From IMG/VR virus record IMGVR_UViG_3300023435_000009: DNA of 64,000 nt. One strand, 5' to 3'. Made by a program: the position numbers and the translations under genes. The notes below the pieces were generated by a model. The model had not been told where the DNA came from, ran no database searches, and worked only from the letters and a program-made list of their open reading frames with translations. Source of the stretch: a virus (lineage: Duplodnaviria > Caudoviricetes). Numbering within the stretch: the first letter of the stretch is position 1; each line of letters opens with the position of its first letter. This document shows, in pieces, positions 29,228 to 39,336 of the stretch.

Positions 29228-30136
29228 ATGAGACACATCATCGGGTTGCTGGTGGCTTTGGCGGTAGGGTTGACAGGTTGCGGAACCGGCTTTGACATCG
29301 AGGATCCTACCATGTGGGTAGAAGGCGACGAGTACCAAGGAGGTGGTGAGGACACCATCACTAGGGAGGACGTCCCGATTGAGGATGTGGAACCTGGGGA
29401 GGACACCTTCCTGCCGGGAGAGGATACGGTGTTTGACAGGGTCTCTGACGAAACTGGAGATGCTGATTTGCAGGATGCCGAGACCGGGGATGACACCGAA
29501 GATCTGGACGTAGAGAGTTCTGACACGCCGGTCGGGGAGGACACGGATTTCGACATCTTTGATGCGGATACGACGGAACCTGAAAAACCCCTTATTCGAG
29601 TGACCTTCAAGACGGTGGGGTCATTCGGTGGGCTTACGATGGCTCTGAAATACCCCGGACCCATATCAGCGTTTGCATGTAACCACGAGACATCCATCTG
29701 GTTTTTCAACCCGCTTGCTACTGGTTGTTTTGTGGCGTCAGATGCTGAATCTCTGTGTTACAACCTTGCTGACGAACTCATTCCTGAGATCACATCAATG
29801 ACAGATGAGGACGGGGCGTGGATCGTGACGTTGGATATTTCCAAGGTGGTACCTCCTCCGCCACCACCACAGGGTTATGGTTTCGCCTACGTTCTAATGG
29901 TGTTTTTAACATACGAGGCCGGTGTCTCCCAGACGACCGAGATCACAGTGGAGGTTCCCGATGTCCCATTCGGTATGGATAAGCAAACGACGACTTTGGA
30001 TCAGAGCTATATGTCTGGGGTACGTTATGCCCTTCAAGTGATCGTTGACAACGACACGGGCTACCCCAAAATAATTAGTAATAATAACGGGGGTCTCGGT
30101 GGTACGTATTGTGAGAACGTGTCGGAGGGGGAGTAG
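29228..30136 (+). CDS. Lipoprotein with acidic low-complexity N-terminal region
   Basis: Lipobox LTGC after a hydrophobic signal (MRHIIGLLVALAVGLTG-C). Asp/Glu/Thr-rich stretch. Confidence 0.65.
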   Translation: MRHIIGLLVALAVGLTGCGTGFDIEDPTMWVEGDEYQGGGEDTITREDVPIEDVEPGEDTFLPGEDTVFDRVSDETGDADLQDAETGDDTEDLDVESSDTPVGEDTDFDIFDADTTEPEKPLIRVTFKTVGSFGGLTMALKYPGPISAFACNHETSIWFFNPLATGCFVASDAESLCYNLADELIPEITSMTDEDGAWIVTLDISKVVPPPPPPQGYGFAYVLMVFLTYEAGVSQTTEITVEVPDVPFGMDKQTTTLDQSYMSGVRYALQVIVDNDTGYPKIISNNNGGLGGTYCENVSEGE

Positions 30137-30139
30137 TTG

Positions 30140-30790
30140 ATGGCATTCACACTGATCTACCGTAGGAAGGGCAAGGGCAAACGGCCAGCGCCCGCCGAGG
30201 GTGACCCTACAAACATCAGGGTAGGGGATTCCATCTCCTATTGGGATCCGGTGTCCGCCTTTTCCGCTGGGACAGTCGAAAAGATCAACACGCTGGCTGG
30301 GGTACTTCGTATCGGTGCTCTGATGTACGGGGACGTGATACTTCGCCCTCCCCGAAGGCTCTCCTTCTCGGAAATCATCAAGGCGGAACGACCCAGCAAC
30401 ATCCCGGTACCTGTGGACAGCCCCACGGACGCCGACGTGGCCGAAATCAACGCCACCCCCACTCCCATGCTGCTCTCGGACGAAAACGCCTCTGAGGCAT
30501 CCCCTACCCCTACAGAGACCCCTGCAGAGCCTGTCCCGGAGATCCTCCCCGAGGAAGGTACTCCCGCCGAAGTTGCACCCCCGAAACCCAAGCCGAAGAA
30601 GCGAGACCCCAAGGTGATCGCTGTGGGCACCGTTATCGAGAGGCGCTACGGGGGAAGCATGATCAAGGTGCTGGTGAAGGAAGAGGGTTTCGAGTGTAGG
30701 GGGGTGACCTATCCGAACCTGGATAAGGTAGCGGAGTCCCTCACGGGCACCAGCACCAACGGACGATCGTTCTTCGGTGTAAAAGGCTAG
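30140..30790 (+). CDS. Protein with C-terminal DUF2924-like domain
   Basis: GTVIERRYGG...VLVKEEGFECRGVTYPNLDKVAESLTGTSTNGRSFFG matches the DUF2924 pattern. Pro/Glu linker. Confidence 0.65.
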   Translation: MAFTLIYRRKGKGKRPAPAEGDPTNIRVGDSISYWDPVSAFSAGTVEKINTLAGVLRIGALMYGDVILRPPRRLSFSEIIKAERPSNIPVPVDSPTDADVAEINATPTPMLLSDENASEASPTPTETPAEPVPEILPEEGTPAEVAPPKPKPKKRDPKVIAVGTVIERRYGGSMIKVLVKEEGFECRGVTYPNLDKVAESLTGTSTNGRSFFGVKG

Positions 30791-30904
30791 ATCCTGTACC
30801 TCTGAAAGCCCCCTTTGATCACAGCGATCTGTCAGTTTAACAACGTCTCAACTCAGGTTTTCCATAGCTTCTCTATTGCCCGCCCCTTGTAAGGGGGTTC
30901 CCCC

Positions 30905-31339
30905 ATGAAGATGGCTATCCTGTTCCATGAGGGGTGTGTGATCGACAAACGCCTTATTGAAAGGCTACTCCGACGAGTGGTCCGTAAAGACCCCCCCAAG
31001 GTACTCCTCACGGACGCCAAAATGCCGGAATCCTCCTGTGTGCGGAGTTGTGGCAAACGGCTTGGGCTGGAGGTATGGGACTCTGAGGAGCTTAGAGGAG
31101 AACCCACTTTCGGGGGGCGGATCCGAGATTGGATTTGGGGTAGAGTCTCCAGCAGGCAATTGCTGATTCAGTCTTGTGACGTTGCGGTGGTGTTTTGGGA
31201 TGGGTCGATCAGCGTGAAAAGCCTGGTCTTGGAGATCCTTGCGGCAGACCGAAAGGTCATCCGTGTGAACGGCCTCGGTCACCTTTCCGGCCAAACAGCC
31301 GGTGCAATGATCGAGGTTGAGGCTAAGGAGGAGTGTTAA
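30905..31339 (+). CDS. SLOG/YspA-like (DUF2493-like) protein
   Basis: SRQLLIQSCDVAVVFWDGS...KVIRV resembles the SLOG C-terminal strands. Its last codons run into the IscB leader. Confidence 0.45.
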   Translation: MKMAILFHEGCVIDKRLIERLLRRVVRKDPPKVLLTDAKMPESSCVRSCGKRLGLEVWDSEELRGEPTFGGRIRDWIWGRVSSRQLLIQSCDVAVVFWDGSISVKSLVLEILAADRKVIRVNGLGHLSGQTAGAMIEVEAKEEC

Positions 31340-31340
31340 G

Positions 31341-31553
31341 GTGAACCACCAGAATAAAAATGGTGGAACTAAGGGTGAGACTCCTATGTTCTCCGGGTTG
31401 TCTTTAAGGACAGCTACCCTGAGATTGGTCCAGTCTCAGGCTCTAGCAGTATCGAAGGACGAAACAAGACCTGAAATGGTTGGTAACATCTTCGATACAA
31501 CCAGAGGCCCGGAAACTTTGCCGAGGACAACAATTTCCCTTCGGGAGGTGTCT
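31341..31553 (+). ncRNA. IscB omegaRNA scaffold, copy 2 (guide position 31319-31340)
   Basis: Near-identical to copy 1 (visible difference ctgaagg vs ctaaggg). Directly upstream of iscB2. Confidence 0.8.
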
Positions 31554-31556
31554 TAA

Positions 31557-32768
31557 ATGACACAGAAAATCTTTGTGATTGACGCTGACGGGAAGCAGTT
31601 ACTCCCCACTCACCCAGCACGCTCTAGAAAACTACTACGAGCTGGTCGTGCCCAGGTACATCAAGTGGTGCCCTTTACGATCCAACTGGTCCGTGTTGTT
31701 GAGAATCCGGTTGGAGCCTTCACTGTTGGTATCGATGATGGAGCGAAACACGTTGGCATAGCGATGGTAAACGAGCACACCAAGGAAGTAGTCTTCAGGG
31801 GTACTGTTCGGTTACGTCAGGATGTTAAGCGAAAAATGACACAACGGGCAGCGTATCGACGAACAAGAAGAAATCGGAAGCTCCGACATCGCCCAGCCAA
31901 GTTTTTGAACCGAGGAAGGAAGGGTTTCCTGCCCCCAACTATTCGACAGAAGAAGGATAGCATACTTCGGGTAGTTAAGGACTTAGGAAAAGTTCTCTGC
32001 ATCACTAAGGCTGTTGTTGAAGAGGGGCAATTCGACCTCAGCAGCATGGCGGCGGGCAGGAAGTTGGTTGGCATAGAGTTCCAACAGTCAGAGTACGAGG
32101 GTCGGAACTTTCGAGCTAAGGTACTCTGGCGGGACCGTTACAAATGCACACGTTGTGGTTTTACCGAGTGGCTCCAGGCGCATCACATCAAACCAAAGAG
32201 TGTGGGTGGGGGAAACTCCCCGAGCAATGGTATTACCTTGTGTAGAACTTGTCATAAGGAATTTCACGATGGGTTGTGGGCACTGATTGTCAGACCCAAG
32301 CGGTTCCTCTACCCTGCTCATTTACAAGCAGGAAAGAAGTACCTGCGTGAGGGACTGCGTTCATGTGGCCTTGCCGTGAGCACCTGTTGTGGGTGGATGA
32401 CTAAGTTATGGCGTAATACCATAGGCATACCCAAGGCGCACGATTTCGATGCTGTGGCGATGGTGTGCCGGAGCTACAGACCGACAATTACGAAAACGGC
32501 ATACATAGTTATCCCTCGTCGAACCAAGGTGTGGGAGAACCATCCGACGAAGAAGTGCAATGAGCGTAAGGGATTTCGACATTGGGATTTGGTGCGTGCC
32601 AAGCACCGAACTCGTAGAGTTGTTATAGGGTCCGTGCAAAGCCTGAAGGAGCATTGCCTGACGCTACGTACAGGATGGGATTCCGCTTTCCCTGTGGCTT
32701 ACAGCAAAACCCGGTTGCTCTGGCGACCGAAAGGTTTGGTGTACATAAGCGCACTTGGACACGTTTGA
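31557..32768 (+). CDS. iscB: IscB OMEGA nuclease, copy 2
   Basis: Same motifs as copy 1: GIDDGAKHVG, RAAYRRTRRNR, VEEGQFD, HNH QAHHI..N..TLC..CH, AHDFDA. Confidence 0.92.
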   Translation: MTQKIFVIDADGKQLLPTHPARSRKLLRAGRAQVHQVVPFTIQLVRVVENPVGAFTVGIDDGAKHVGIAMVNEHTKEVVFRGTVRLRQDVKRKMTQRAAYRRTRRNRKLRHRPAKFLNRGRKGFLPPTIRQKKDSILRVVKDLGKVLCITKAVVEEGQFDLSSMAAGRKLVGIEFQQSEYEGRNFRAKVLWRDRYKCTRCGFTEWLQAHHIKPKSVGGGNSPSNGITLCRTCHKEFHDGLWALIVRPKRFLYPAHLQAGKKYLREGLRSCGLAVSTCCGWMTKLWRNTIGIPKAHDFDAVAMVCRSYRPTITKTAYIVIPRRTKVWENHPTKKCNERKGFRHWDLVRAKHRTRRVVIGSVQSLKEHCLTLRTGWDSAFPVAYSKTRLLWRPKGLVYISALGHV

Positions 32769-32845
32769 CCAAGTGTTTCGTGGGGGATACTCTAGGACTG
32801 TGGCCGAAACGATAACCAAGGCCGTGTGAACGTAGGTGGGCACTA

Positions 32846-33607
32846 ATGTACCGAAAGAAACTGGTCAATTTCCGGGGTCACCTGAAAACCCAGGATACTG
32901 TGGAAGCGTTGGAAAGGCTTCTCGTACAACTGGATGAGAACAAATGGAAACCTGTTCTCATCCGTCCGTCCGCCGACATCCCCTGGGAGGCGGCATCCCT
33001 TGCTCCTGCGGGGCGGGAGGTGCAACTCAGGGTTGAGCATCCTGAGGCGGACGATCAGACCTGCCTGGAGGCCCTCTGGGGTCATGCCGTACCTATGGGT
33101 TTTACCCCCTGGCTTCGGTACCCCCAACAAGGGGAAGGTGCCGCTGTGTTCCACTACTTTGGACCCTGGCAGGTTCTCTTTGATAACCTCCTGGAAGCGG
33201 GACGTGGACACCTGGCATGGCCCTCTCTTTGTGCAGCCGCACAGTGCGACATTGGGACGTGGAAAGGGGACAAGGCTGACAACAGGTTCCTTCAGGCCCA
33301 GCTTCACCGAGTAGGCTTCTCGTGCGGACCTGTAGACGGGGTAGTGGGACCGATGACGCTCCGGGCGGTCACCGCTGCGGGGTTGAAGTCAATGTCCTCC
33401 CAACAGATGCTTGAACATCTCAGTCGAATGGAGCCACCCCAGGCACCCCGTCAAGCCCGTCAGATAGGCCACCTGGCCCTTCCAGGTCGTAAGCTGGTCA
33501 TCCACACCACCGGGAGCGTCAAGGCCACACAAACAACGCAGGGGGCCTCCCTGGCTGTGGATGGTGCAGGCCAACTTATCGTTGAGATCGGAGAACGTAA
33601 TGACTGA
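32846..33607 (+). CDS. Peptidoglycan-binding-domain protein with degenerate M15/VanY-like N-terminal region
   Basis: PGBD motif LQAQLHRVGF..GPVDGVVGPMTLRAV. GF...RYP......VFHYFG resembles the M15B C-terminal motif, but the S.H..G.A.D Zn ligands are absent. Confidence 0.5.
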   Translation: MYRKKLVNFRGHLKTQDTVEALERLLVQLDENKWKPVLIRPSADIPWEAASLAPAGREVQLRVEHPEADDQTCLEALWGHAVPMGFTPWLRYPQQGEGAAVFHYFGPWQVLFDNLLEAGRGHLAWPSLCAAAQCDIGTWKGDKADNRFLQAQLHRVGFSCGPVDGVVGPMTLRAVTAAGLKSMSSQQMLEHLSRMEPPQAPRQARQIGHLALPGRKLVIHTTGSVKATQTTQGASLAVDGAGQLIVEIGERND

Positions 33608-34199
33608 GCGAAACGCATCGGTAAACTGGGATAGAGTGTATGAGCTTTTGTATGGGCACCCGGCAGACAAGCCAAGGCCCAAGTACCTGGATACCATGTC
33701 GGGCCTGGCCAAGGACATCAACAAGGCATTGCTACACCGAAGCAAAGAGATCATTCGTCAGGTGACACTAGAGGCAGGCAAAGTAGGACTCATTCCCTAT
33801 TTGCAGTACGTGTTTTTTATCCTAATGGAACGGTCACGGGAATGGCCATCAATGTCCCGTGACAAAAGGGAAGCGCTGGAGGTGCTCCGCAGCATCCTTT
33901 CCCGATCAGGGAACACACCGACCTACACTGATGGTCTAAAAACGCCCCCCTCGCCTGCGGAACAGAACCTGGACAAGTTGCTCCTTCAGTTGGCTACCTG
34001 GGGGAGCACGGTTTTCCGGACATCCCTGAAGAAGGAGTACCTCAAGTTGGTACAGAATCACACGGCGGCAGTTCTCAGGGCAACACCGGGATTGGATGAA
34101 CGGATGGTCAGTGCGGTCTTTGAAATGGCGATCCGTAAGTACCCAAACGCTTTCCCCGATGGTCATTTCCTTTTACAGGTGTTTTCTACCCTCCTCTAG
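33600..34199 (+). CDS. Hypothetical alpha-helical protein
   Basis: GGAG RBS before ATG 33600. Overlaps the upstream stop. Confidence 0.55.
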   Translation: MTERNASVNWDRVYELLYGHPADKPRPKYLDTMSGLAKDINKALLHRSKEIIRQVTLEAGKVGLIPYLQYVFFILMERSREWPSMSRDKREALEVLRSILSRSGNTPTYTDGLKTPPSPAEQNLDKLLLQLATWGSTVFRTSLKKEYLKLVQNHTAAVLRATPGLDERMVSAVFEMAIRKYPNAFPDGHFLLQVFSTLL

Positions 34200-34237
34200 C
34201 TCCTTTTTCGTTCCCGGTTGAGTAGTACAGGAGGGAG

Positions 34238-37200
34238 GTGCCGATGGCGACGTCTGTGGCAAAAAAATCCCCGTACCAGTTGCTCCAGAAGATTCGCACC
34301 CGGACGGATCTGAAGCTCAAACCTCTGAAACATCTGAAGCCTACTTTCACGGACTTCAATGGGCAGGAACGGCCCTTAGTTGTCCGGTATTATCAAATAC
34401 AAGGAATCGCACATCTTGTTGCTATGAGGCAATTCCTGCTTGGTGACGACACGGGCTTGGGCAAGTGTAAAACGCTAGACTCCAGGGTGCTCACGAACAG
34501 GGGGTTGTTAGAGTTGGGTGCTCTTGCTCCTAAGGGGGACCTTCTGCCGGACAGCTTTTACCCGTTGGACCAACCCACAAGAGTTTGGACTGGACGTGCA
34601 TGGGCACCCGTGTCAAAGTTCTATTGCGGGGGGATCAAACCAATCAAACGGATTAAAACCCGTCGAGGATATGAAACAACAGGTTCGCTAGTACATCCGG
34701 TGTGGGTCCGGCATCCTGATGGGACGGAGGGTTTCGTTGAGATGAGGCACCTTCAGGTAGGGGACCAGTGCTGTTTAGACAGGTCCTCTTCTGAGTTCCC
34801 TTCATCTGAACCGTCAGTGCCAGTACCGACAGCAGATCAGTTTACTTCAAACACGACAGTCTATACTGTACCTGATAGGCTCTCACCTGAACTGGCCTGT
34901 TTGTTAGCCTACATAGTAGCTGAGGGGTGGACTAACTCTAGAATGGGTTTCAATGTATCGCAGAATAGGATGTTAAATCCAGAAACTCATGAGCACATCC
35001 GACAGCTTTGCCGGGATGTTCTGGGTTGGGACGGCAATGGGGGGGCCAAGAACAAGGATAGGGAGATTCAAATTAGTAGTGTTTATTTGCGGGCATACCT
35101 GGAGGGGGTAGGGGTTGTACAGGGTCGGTCGGCAGTAAAACAGGTGCCCTGGCCGATCTTTCAGGGAACCCAAAGTTCCGTGTGTGCCTTCCTCAGAGCC
35201 TATTTTGACAGTGAGGGTTTTGTTTCAAAGGAGGGGGTCATTGAAGTTAGTAGTGCTTCTCAAAAGTTACTTCAAGATGTCCAACTCCTCCTTCTCCGTT
35301 TCGGAATTCTAGCCTCCCGGTGTCCAAAACGAGTCAAAGGTTACGAGCACACCTATTGGCGATTGACTCTCTGTGGGAAGGATGCCCAATTGTTTGGGAC
35401 CGCCATTGGATTCCTGACCCCTCGAAAACAAGCAGCGTTGAAAGGGCAGTCGGATGTTTCCCCCAACGTCAATCTTGATGTTGTTCCCCATGCTCGGAAG
35501 CTGATAGAGGAACTCAAGCAAGAGATCCTAGCTCGTGTGACTGTGTCAGGAAGCAATGCCTCTCGACGGGGCAGTGGGATCAGACAGTTTGGAGTGTCTT
35601 TCGAAAAAACCCTGAACAACATACGCAATGGGGGACGGAGTCCTACTTACGAATTCATGGGCCGACTGTTGGAGGTGTCCCGCCAGGTGGGTGCCAAGAC
35701 CACCAAAGCGCATCATCAAACAAAGGCAGTTTGTGACCGGCATCTGTTTTACGACCCGGTGGAAACCATTGAGGAAGACGTTCAGATGGTGGCGGACATT
35801 GCTGTAGATGATCCGAGTCACGCCTTTGTGGCAGATGGCTTTATTAATCACAACACAATAGAGGCAATAGGTGCTCTTTGTTACCTTTGGGGGTCAGACC
35901 CTAATCTCAAGTCAATGGTGTTAACTACGAAGAGTTCCGCCCCACAGTGGGTCCGGGAGTTCTCAAAGTTCACCACGGGAATCAAGGTTGTCTTGTGTCA
36001 GGGCACCCCGGCGCAACGGGAAAAGGCTCGGAAGACGTTCGAGGAGTCCGATGGTCCCACCGTGATCGTGATGGGTTACCGGAGTGCCTTACAGGATTTT
36101 CGGCACATCCAGGATTGGGAGAAATACATCCTAATTGCGGACGAGTGTTTTGACTATTTCACCCCAATACAGTTGGCGGATGGGACCACTGAACTGATAG
36201 GTAGAGTCGTCACCAAAAGGATGCCAGTGACTGTTCTTTCTGAGAACCCCGACACAGGGGAGGTAGAACCGAAACGAGTTGTAGCTTGGCATCAAGTTCC
36301 CATCTGCAAGGGAAAACGGAAAGCTCTCGTCAAATTACAATTTCGGTTTTCCAAAAGTGTTCGGGTAACCCCAAACCATGAAGTGTATATTCCTGGGGGG
36401 CACACGAGATCAGTACAGCACTTAAGGGTGGGTCATTCCGTTAGACATCTCTGTTGTAAGACACCCACGGAGTTCCAGAAGCAGGTGATTTTAGGTGGCC
36501 TGTTAGGTGACGCTAGTATTTCATTCCCGAAAAGAAAATTGTGGGGTGTGGTTTTCGTTCAGTCAGCGTCTAGAGGAAGGTATCTGCGATTTAAAAGAGA
36601 TGTGCTTTCCTCATTAGGGGTTTCTAAGATTGATGACACCACCGCTGGGTATCAGCCCAAAACAGGAGTAAAAACTCCTGTTGAGCGCTTTCGTGTCAAT
36701 GGGAATGCAGCAGTCACATCTCTCCTGGTACAAGGTCGGGTTTGGAGAGAGGGAAAGAAACGAGTTACCAAGGATTGGTTGACTCATGTTGGTCCTTTGG
36801 GTTTAGCTGTTTGGTATGCTGATGACGGAAGTATTCAGACCTATCTGTGTAAGGACGGACAGACGACCCACACGATCACCTTACACACACAAGGTTTTTC
36901 TAGGGACGAACAGGAACTTCTGGCTGGGTGGTTATATTGGCGATGGGGTGTGAAGGCTGAGATTAAAACAACAAAGGAACGCTCTGACCGTAAGTCGGGG
37001 ATTCGTAAAAGTTACCCCTATCTGTATCTGCCAAAAGACGAGGCACAGAAATTCTTGGATCTACTACCCGGTTCCTTACCTGATGTGGAGTACAAGTTCC
37101 CAGGAAAAAGTCCTTTACAGTGGGCAGAAACGGAATTAACTCCAACTAAGAGTGTCGTGACTGACTGGATTACAGCCAAAGAAAGTTGGTCTCCTAAAAA

Positions 37201-38419
37201 CCCACACATTAAATACGTTTATGATATTGAGGTAGAGGACCACCACCGATACTTTGCTGGTGGGGGTGTGTTAGTTTCGAATTGTACGGTGTTTAAAAAC
37301 CCGGCCACCCAGGTTCATCGGATGTGCCGTCATCTGTCCACAAAGTCAGCCAGGATCTGGGCTCTTACAGCAACCCTGATCAAAAACAATCTGATGGAGG
37401 GCTATGGCATCTATCAGATTGTGGCTCCCGGTTTGTTTCAGTCCGGGGGCAGGATGATGAGCAAAAATCAGTTCATGCTCTATTTCTGCATTACCCGGAT
37501 GCAACAGATCCCCCGGTCCAACCGACAAATCCCCGTTATCGTGGGGTACCACAAGGACAAGATCAAGGAGTTCCGGGATCTCATTGATCCCGTGTTCCTG
37601 GGGCGTCCGAAACATGCCGTGGCCAAGGATCTCCCGGTTGTGGTGATGCGTAACATTGAGGTCGATCTAACAACGGCCCAAGAGGACAAATATATAGAGG
37701 CAAAGGGAGATCTTCTTCTGATTGGGGAGGGCACCAAGGTCACCGAGAAAGAGACGTCCAAGCTCACGGCCCTGATCTACCACCAGGAGATCGTGAACGA
37801 CCTGGGCCTCATCGGCATCACGGGCGAGTCCCCGAAGCTGGATGCCCTTGTGGACCTCCTGATCGAGGGGGACCTTGCAGACGAGAAGGTGATCGTTTAC
37901 AGCCGCTTCAAAAAGTTCGTGGACATCATCGTTGCCCGTCTCAGGAAGCACAAAATCAACACGGTGCGGATCACAGGGGACGAGAACACCGCCCAGCGTG
38001 ATGACGCTATGCAGGAGTTCCAGAACCCCGACTCGGATGTGCGTGTGGTGTGTTTGACGGCTGCGGGGGCGGAATCGATCAACCTTCAGGCAGCCAAGGC
38101 CCTTATTTGTATGGATACGCCCTGGTCAGCGGGCGATTTCCTCCAGCTTATCGGACGGATGATCCGTATCGGATCGACCCACGACCGTTGTTATGTGATC
38201 CACATGCTGGCCCGTGCAAAAGGCTTCGGGGAAACCGATACTATTGACCACGCCGTGATGAAAACACTCCACCGGAAAATGGTTCTCATCGAAGCGGTGC
38301 TCGGGAAGCGGCTGAAGGGAGTAGATGATGACGAGTTCGTGATCTCGGCGGACAACGACATCTCGGACCTTTTCACAGAGTTGAAGTCTACTCTTCAGGG
38401 TGGCGGAGGACCTGCATGA
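34238..38419 (+). CDS. SNF2/SWI2-family helicase with two inteins
   Basis: After intein removal: motif I LGDDTGLGK|T, motif II LIADE|CTVFKN, motif III WALTATLIKN, KVIVYSRF, RITGD, AGAESINLQAA, PWSAGDFLQLIGRMIRIGS. Confidence 0.9.
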   Translation: MPMATSVAKKSPYQLLQKIRTRTDLKLKPLKHLKPTFTDFNGQERPLVVRYYQIQGIAHLVAMRQFLLGDDTGLGKCKTLDSRVLTNRGLLELGALAPKGDLLPDSFYPLDQPTRVWTGRAWAPVSKFYCGGIKPIKRIKTRRGYETTGSLVHPVWVRHPDGTEGFVEMRHLQVGDQCCLDRSSSEFPSSEPSVPVPTADQFTSNTTVYTVPDRLSPELACLLAYIVAEGWTNSRMGFNVSQNRMLNPETHEHIRQLCRDVLGWDGNGGAKNKDREIQISSVYLRAYLEGVGVVQGRSAVKQVPWPIFQGTQSSVCAFLRAYFDSEGFVSKEGVIEVSSASQKLLQDVQLLLLRFGILASRCPKRVKGYEHTYWRLTLCGKDAQLFGTAIGFLTPRKQAALKGQSDVSPNVNLDVVPHARKLIEELKQEILARVTVSGSNASRRGSGIRQFGVSFEKTLNNIRNGGRSPTYEFMGRLLEVSRQVGAKTTKAHHQTKAVCDRHLFYDPVETIEEDVQMVADIAVDDPSHAFVADGFINHNTIEAIGALCYLWGSDPNLKSMVLTTKSSAPQWVREFSKFTTGIKVVLCQGTPAQREKARKTFEESDGPTVIVMGYRSALQDFRHIQDWEKYILIADECFDYFTPIQLADGTTELIGRVVTKRMPVTVLSENPDTGEVEPKRVVAWHQVPICKGKRKALVKLQFRFSKSVRVTPNHEVYIPGGHTRSVQHLRVGHSVRHLCCKTPTEFQKQVILGGLLGDASISFPKRKLWGVVFVQSASRGRYLRFKRDVLSSLGVSKIDDTTAGYQPKTGVKTPVERFRVNGNAAVTSLLVQGRVWREGKKRVTKDWLTHVGPLGLAVWYADDGSIQTYLCKDGQTTHTITLHTQGFSRDEQELLAGWLYWRWGVKAEIKTTKERSDRKSGIRKSYPYLYLPKDEAQKFLDLLPGSLPDVEYKFPGKSPLQWAETELTPTKSVVTDWITAKESWSPKNPHIKYVYDIEVEDHHRYFAGGGVLVSNCTVFKNPATQVHRMCRHLSTKSARIWALTATLIKNNLMEGYGIYQIVAPGLFQSGGRMMSKNQFMLYFCITRMQQIPRSNRQIPVIVGYHKDKIKEFRDLIDPVFLGRPKHAVAKDLPVVVMRNIEVDLTTAQEDKYIEAKGDLLLIGEGTKVTEKETSKLTALIYHQEIVNDLGLIGITGESPKLDALVDLLIEGDLADEKVIVYSRFKKFVDIIVARLRKHKINTVRITGDENTAQRDDAMQEFQNPDSDVRVVCLTAAGAESINLQAAKALICMDTPWSAGDFLQLIGRMIRIGSTHDRCYVIHMLARAKGFGETDTIDHAVMKTLHRKMVLIEAVLGKRLKGVDDDEFVISADNDISDLFTELKSTLQGGGGPA
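34466..35854 (+). mobile_element. Intein 1 (LAGLIDADG), 463 aa, in SNF2 Walker A
   Basis: Starts CKTLDS after GLGK, ends FVADGFINHN followed by Thr. Contains LLAYIVAEG and FLRAYFDSEG blocks. Confidence 0.9.
36146..37282 (+). mobile_element. Intein 2 (LAGLIDADG), 379 aa, in SNF2 Walker B
   Basis: Starts CFDYFTPI after ADE, ends YFAGGGVLVSN followed by Cys. Contains ILGGLLGDAS and LAVWYADDGS blocks. Confidence 0.88.
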
Positions 38420-39336
38420 CGGATTACCCACAGGGGGATGGAACTCCTGATTGCCCAATTTGCAAAGGGCGTGGAGTAATCCCTCTGTCTATGGGATTGG
38501 ATCATCCCATAGACAGGACACAACCGTGCCCCTGCGTGATGGTGCGGGATGTAGCTCGGAACATTAACAGGGGGTGGAAGGGCCTCCTGTCCGCTGACCC
38601 CGTAGACCAGTCCCCTCTTCGAGGTGACGACCTTACCGAAAGCAACCTCAAGATCACAGGATCTCGCCCTACTTTCCGCAGTCACATGAAACATGTCGCT
38701 GCTCGAATGCCCCCGACCTGGGGTTTTCTCGTGGTGTCCGATGCGGATCTGATGGATGCCTGGTTGTCCTACAAGCTGGATGTCAAGGACGCTGACGTGG
38801 ATCAGATGCGACAGCGGGCTGATATCCAACGATATGATGCCTTGGTAGATCTTGTGGAACCCCCGGTCCTTCTGGTCCTTGTGTGCGGGGTCAAGGCTGC
38901 TCGGAACGAGGCGATGCCCGAGGTGTTGTTGGAGGCCCTGCGGCACCGGGAGCACCTCAACAAGGTGACCTGGGTGGTTGACTCGCCCTCGTATCCCCTG
39001 CAGGAAGGGCACATTTCGTACAGTCATTCAGTGGGGGAATTCCTGAGCGAGTGGGACAATCTGACATTGCCTGAGAAGACGGATGCGGCCTTCCCTGTGG
39101 TTCCCGGCGTCCCCTCTGGGGTAGTACCAACGACGAGGTCCCCATCCCGGACGAAACGCCCACCCATGCAGGAGGTGGCAGACGAGACGGCAGCAGCCTT
39201 TGAGGAGGAAGTTGCGGGGGGGTCACCTGTTAAGGTGGTTGGTCCCAGCCCCTTAGCAAATGGGACGTTCAGTATGCTGGATGGTACGGAGGGGGATGCC
39301 CCGGAGAAGAAGAACAAGTGGGGTAAAAAGCGATGA
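38416..39336 (+). CDS. DnaC/IstB-like helicase-loader homolog with degenerate ATPase motifs
   Basis: N-terminal CPICKGRG...PCPC Zn site. LLVL strand followed by ..EALRHREH..KVTWV, as in DnaC. Walker A/B not recognisable. Coupled (ATGA) to both neighbours. Confidence 0.55.
   Translation: MTDYPQGDGTPDCPICKGRGVIPLSMGLDHPIDRTQPCPCVMVRDVARNINRGWKGLLSADPVDQSPLRGDDLTESNLKITGSRPTFRSHMKHVAARMPPTWGFLVVSDADLMDAWLSYKLDVKDADVDQMRQRADIQRYDALVDLVEPPVLLVLVCGVKAARNEAMPEVLLEALRHREHLNKVTWVVDSPSYPLQEGHISYSHSVGEFLSEWDNLTLPEKTDAAFPVVPGVPSGVVPTTRSPSRTKRPPMQEVADETAAAFEEEVAGGSPVKVVGPSPLANGTFSMLDGTEGDAPEKKNKWGKKR

Noticed and set aside
30131-30136. GAGTAG as a promoter box before the DUF2924-like gene
   Set aside because: It is simply the last codon plus stop (GAG TAG) of the lipoprotein gene, with no intergenic space.
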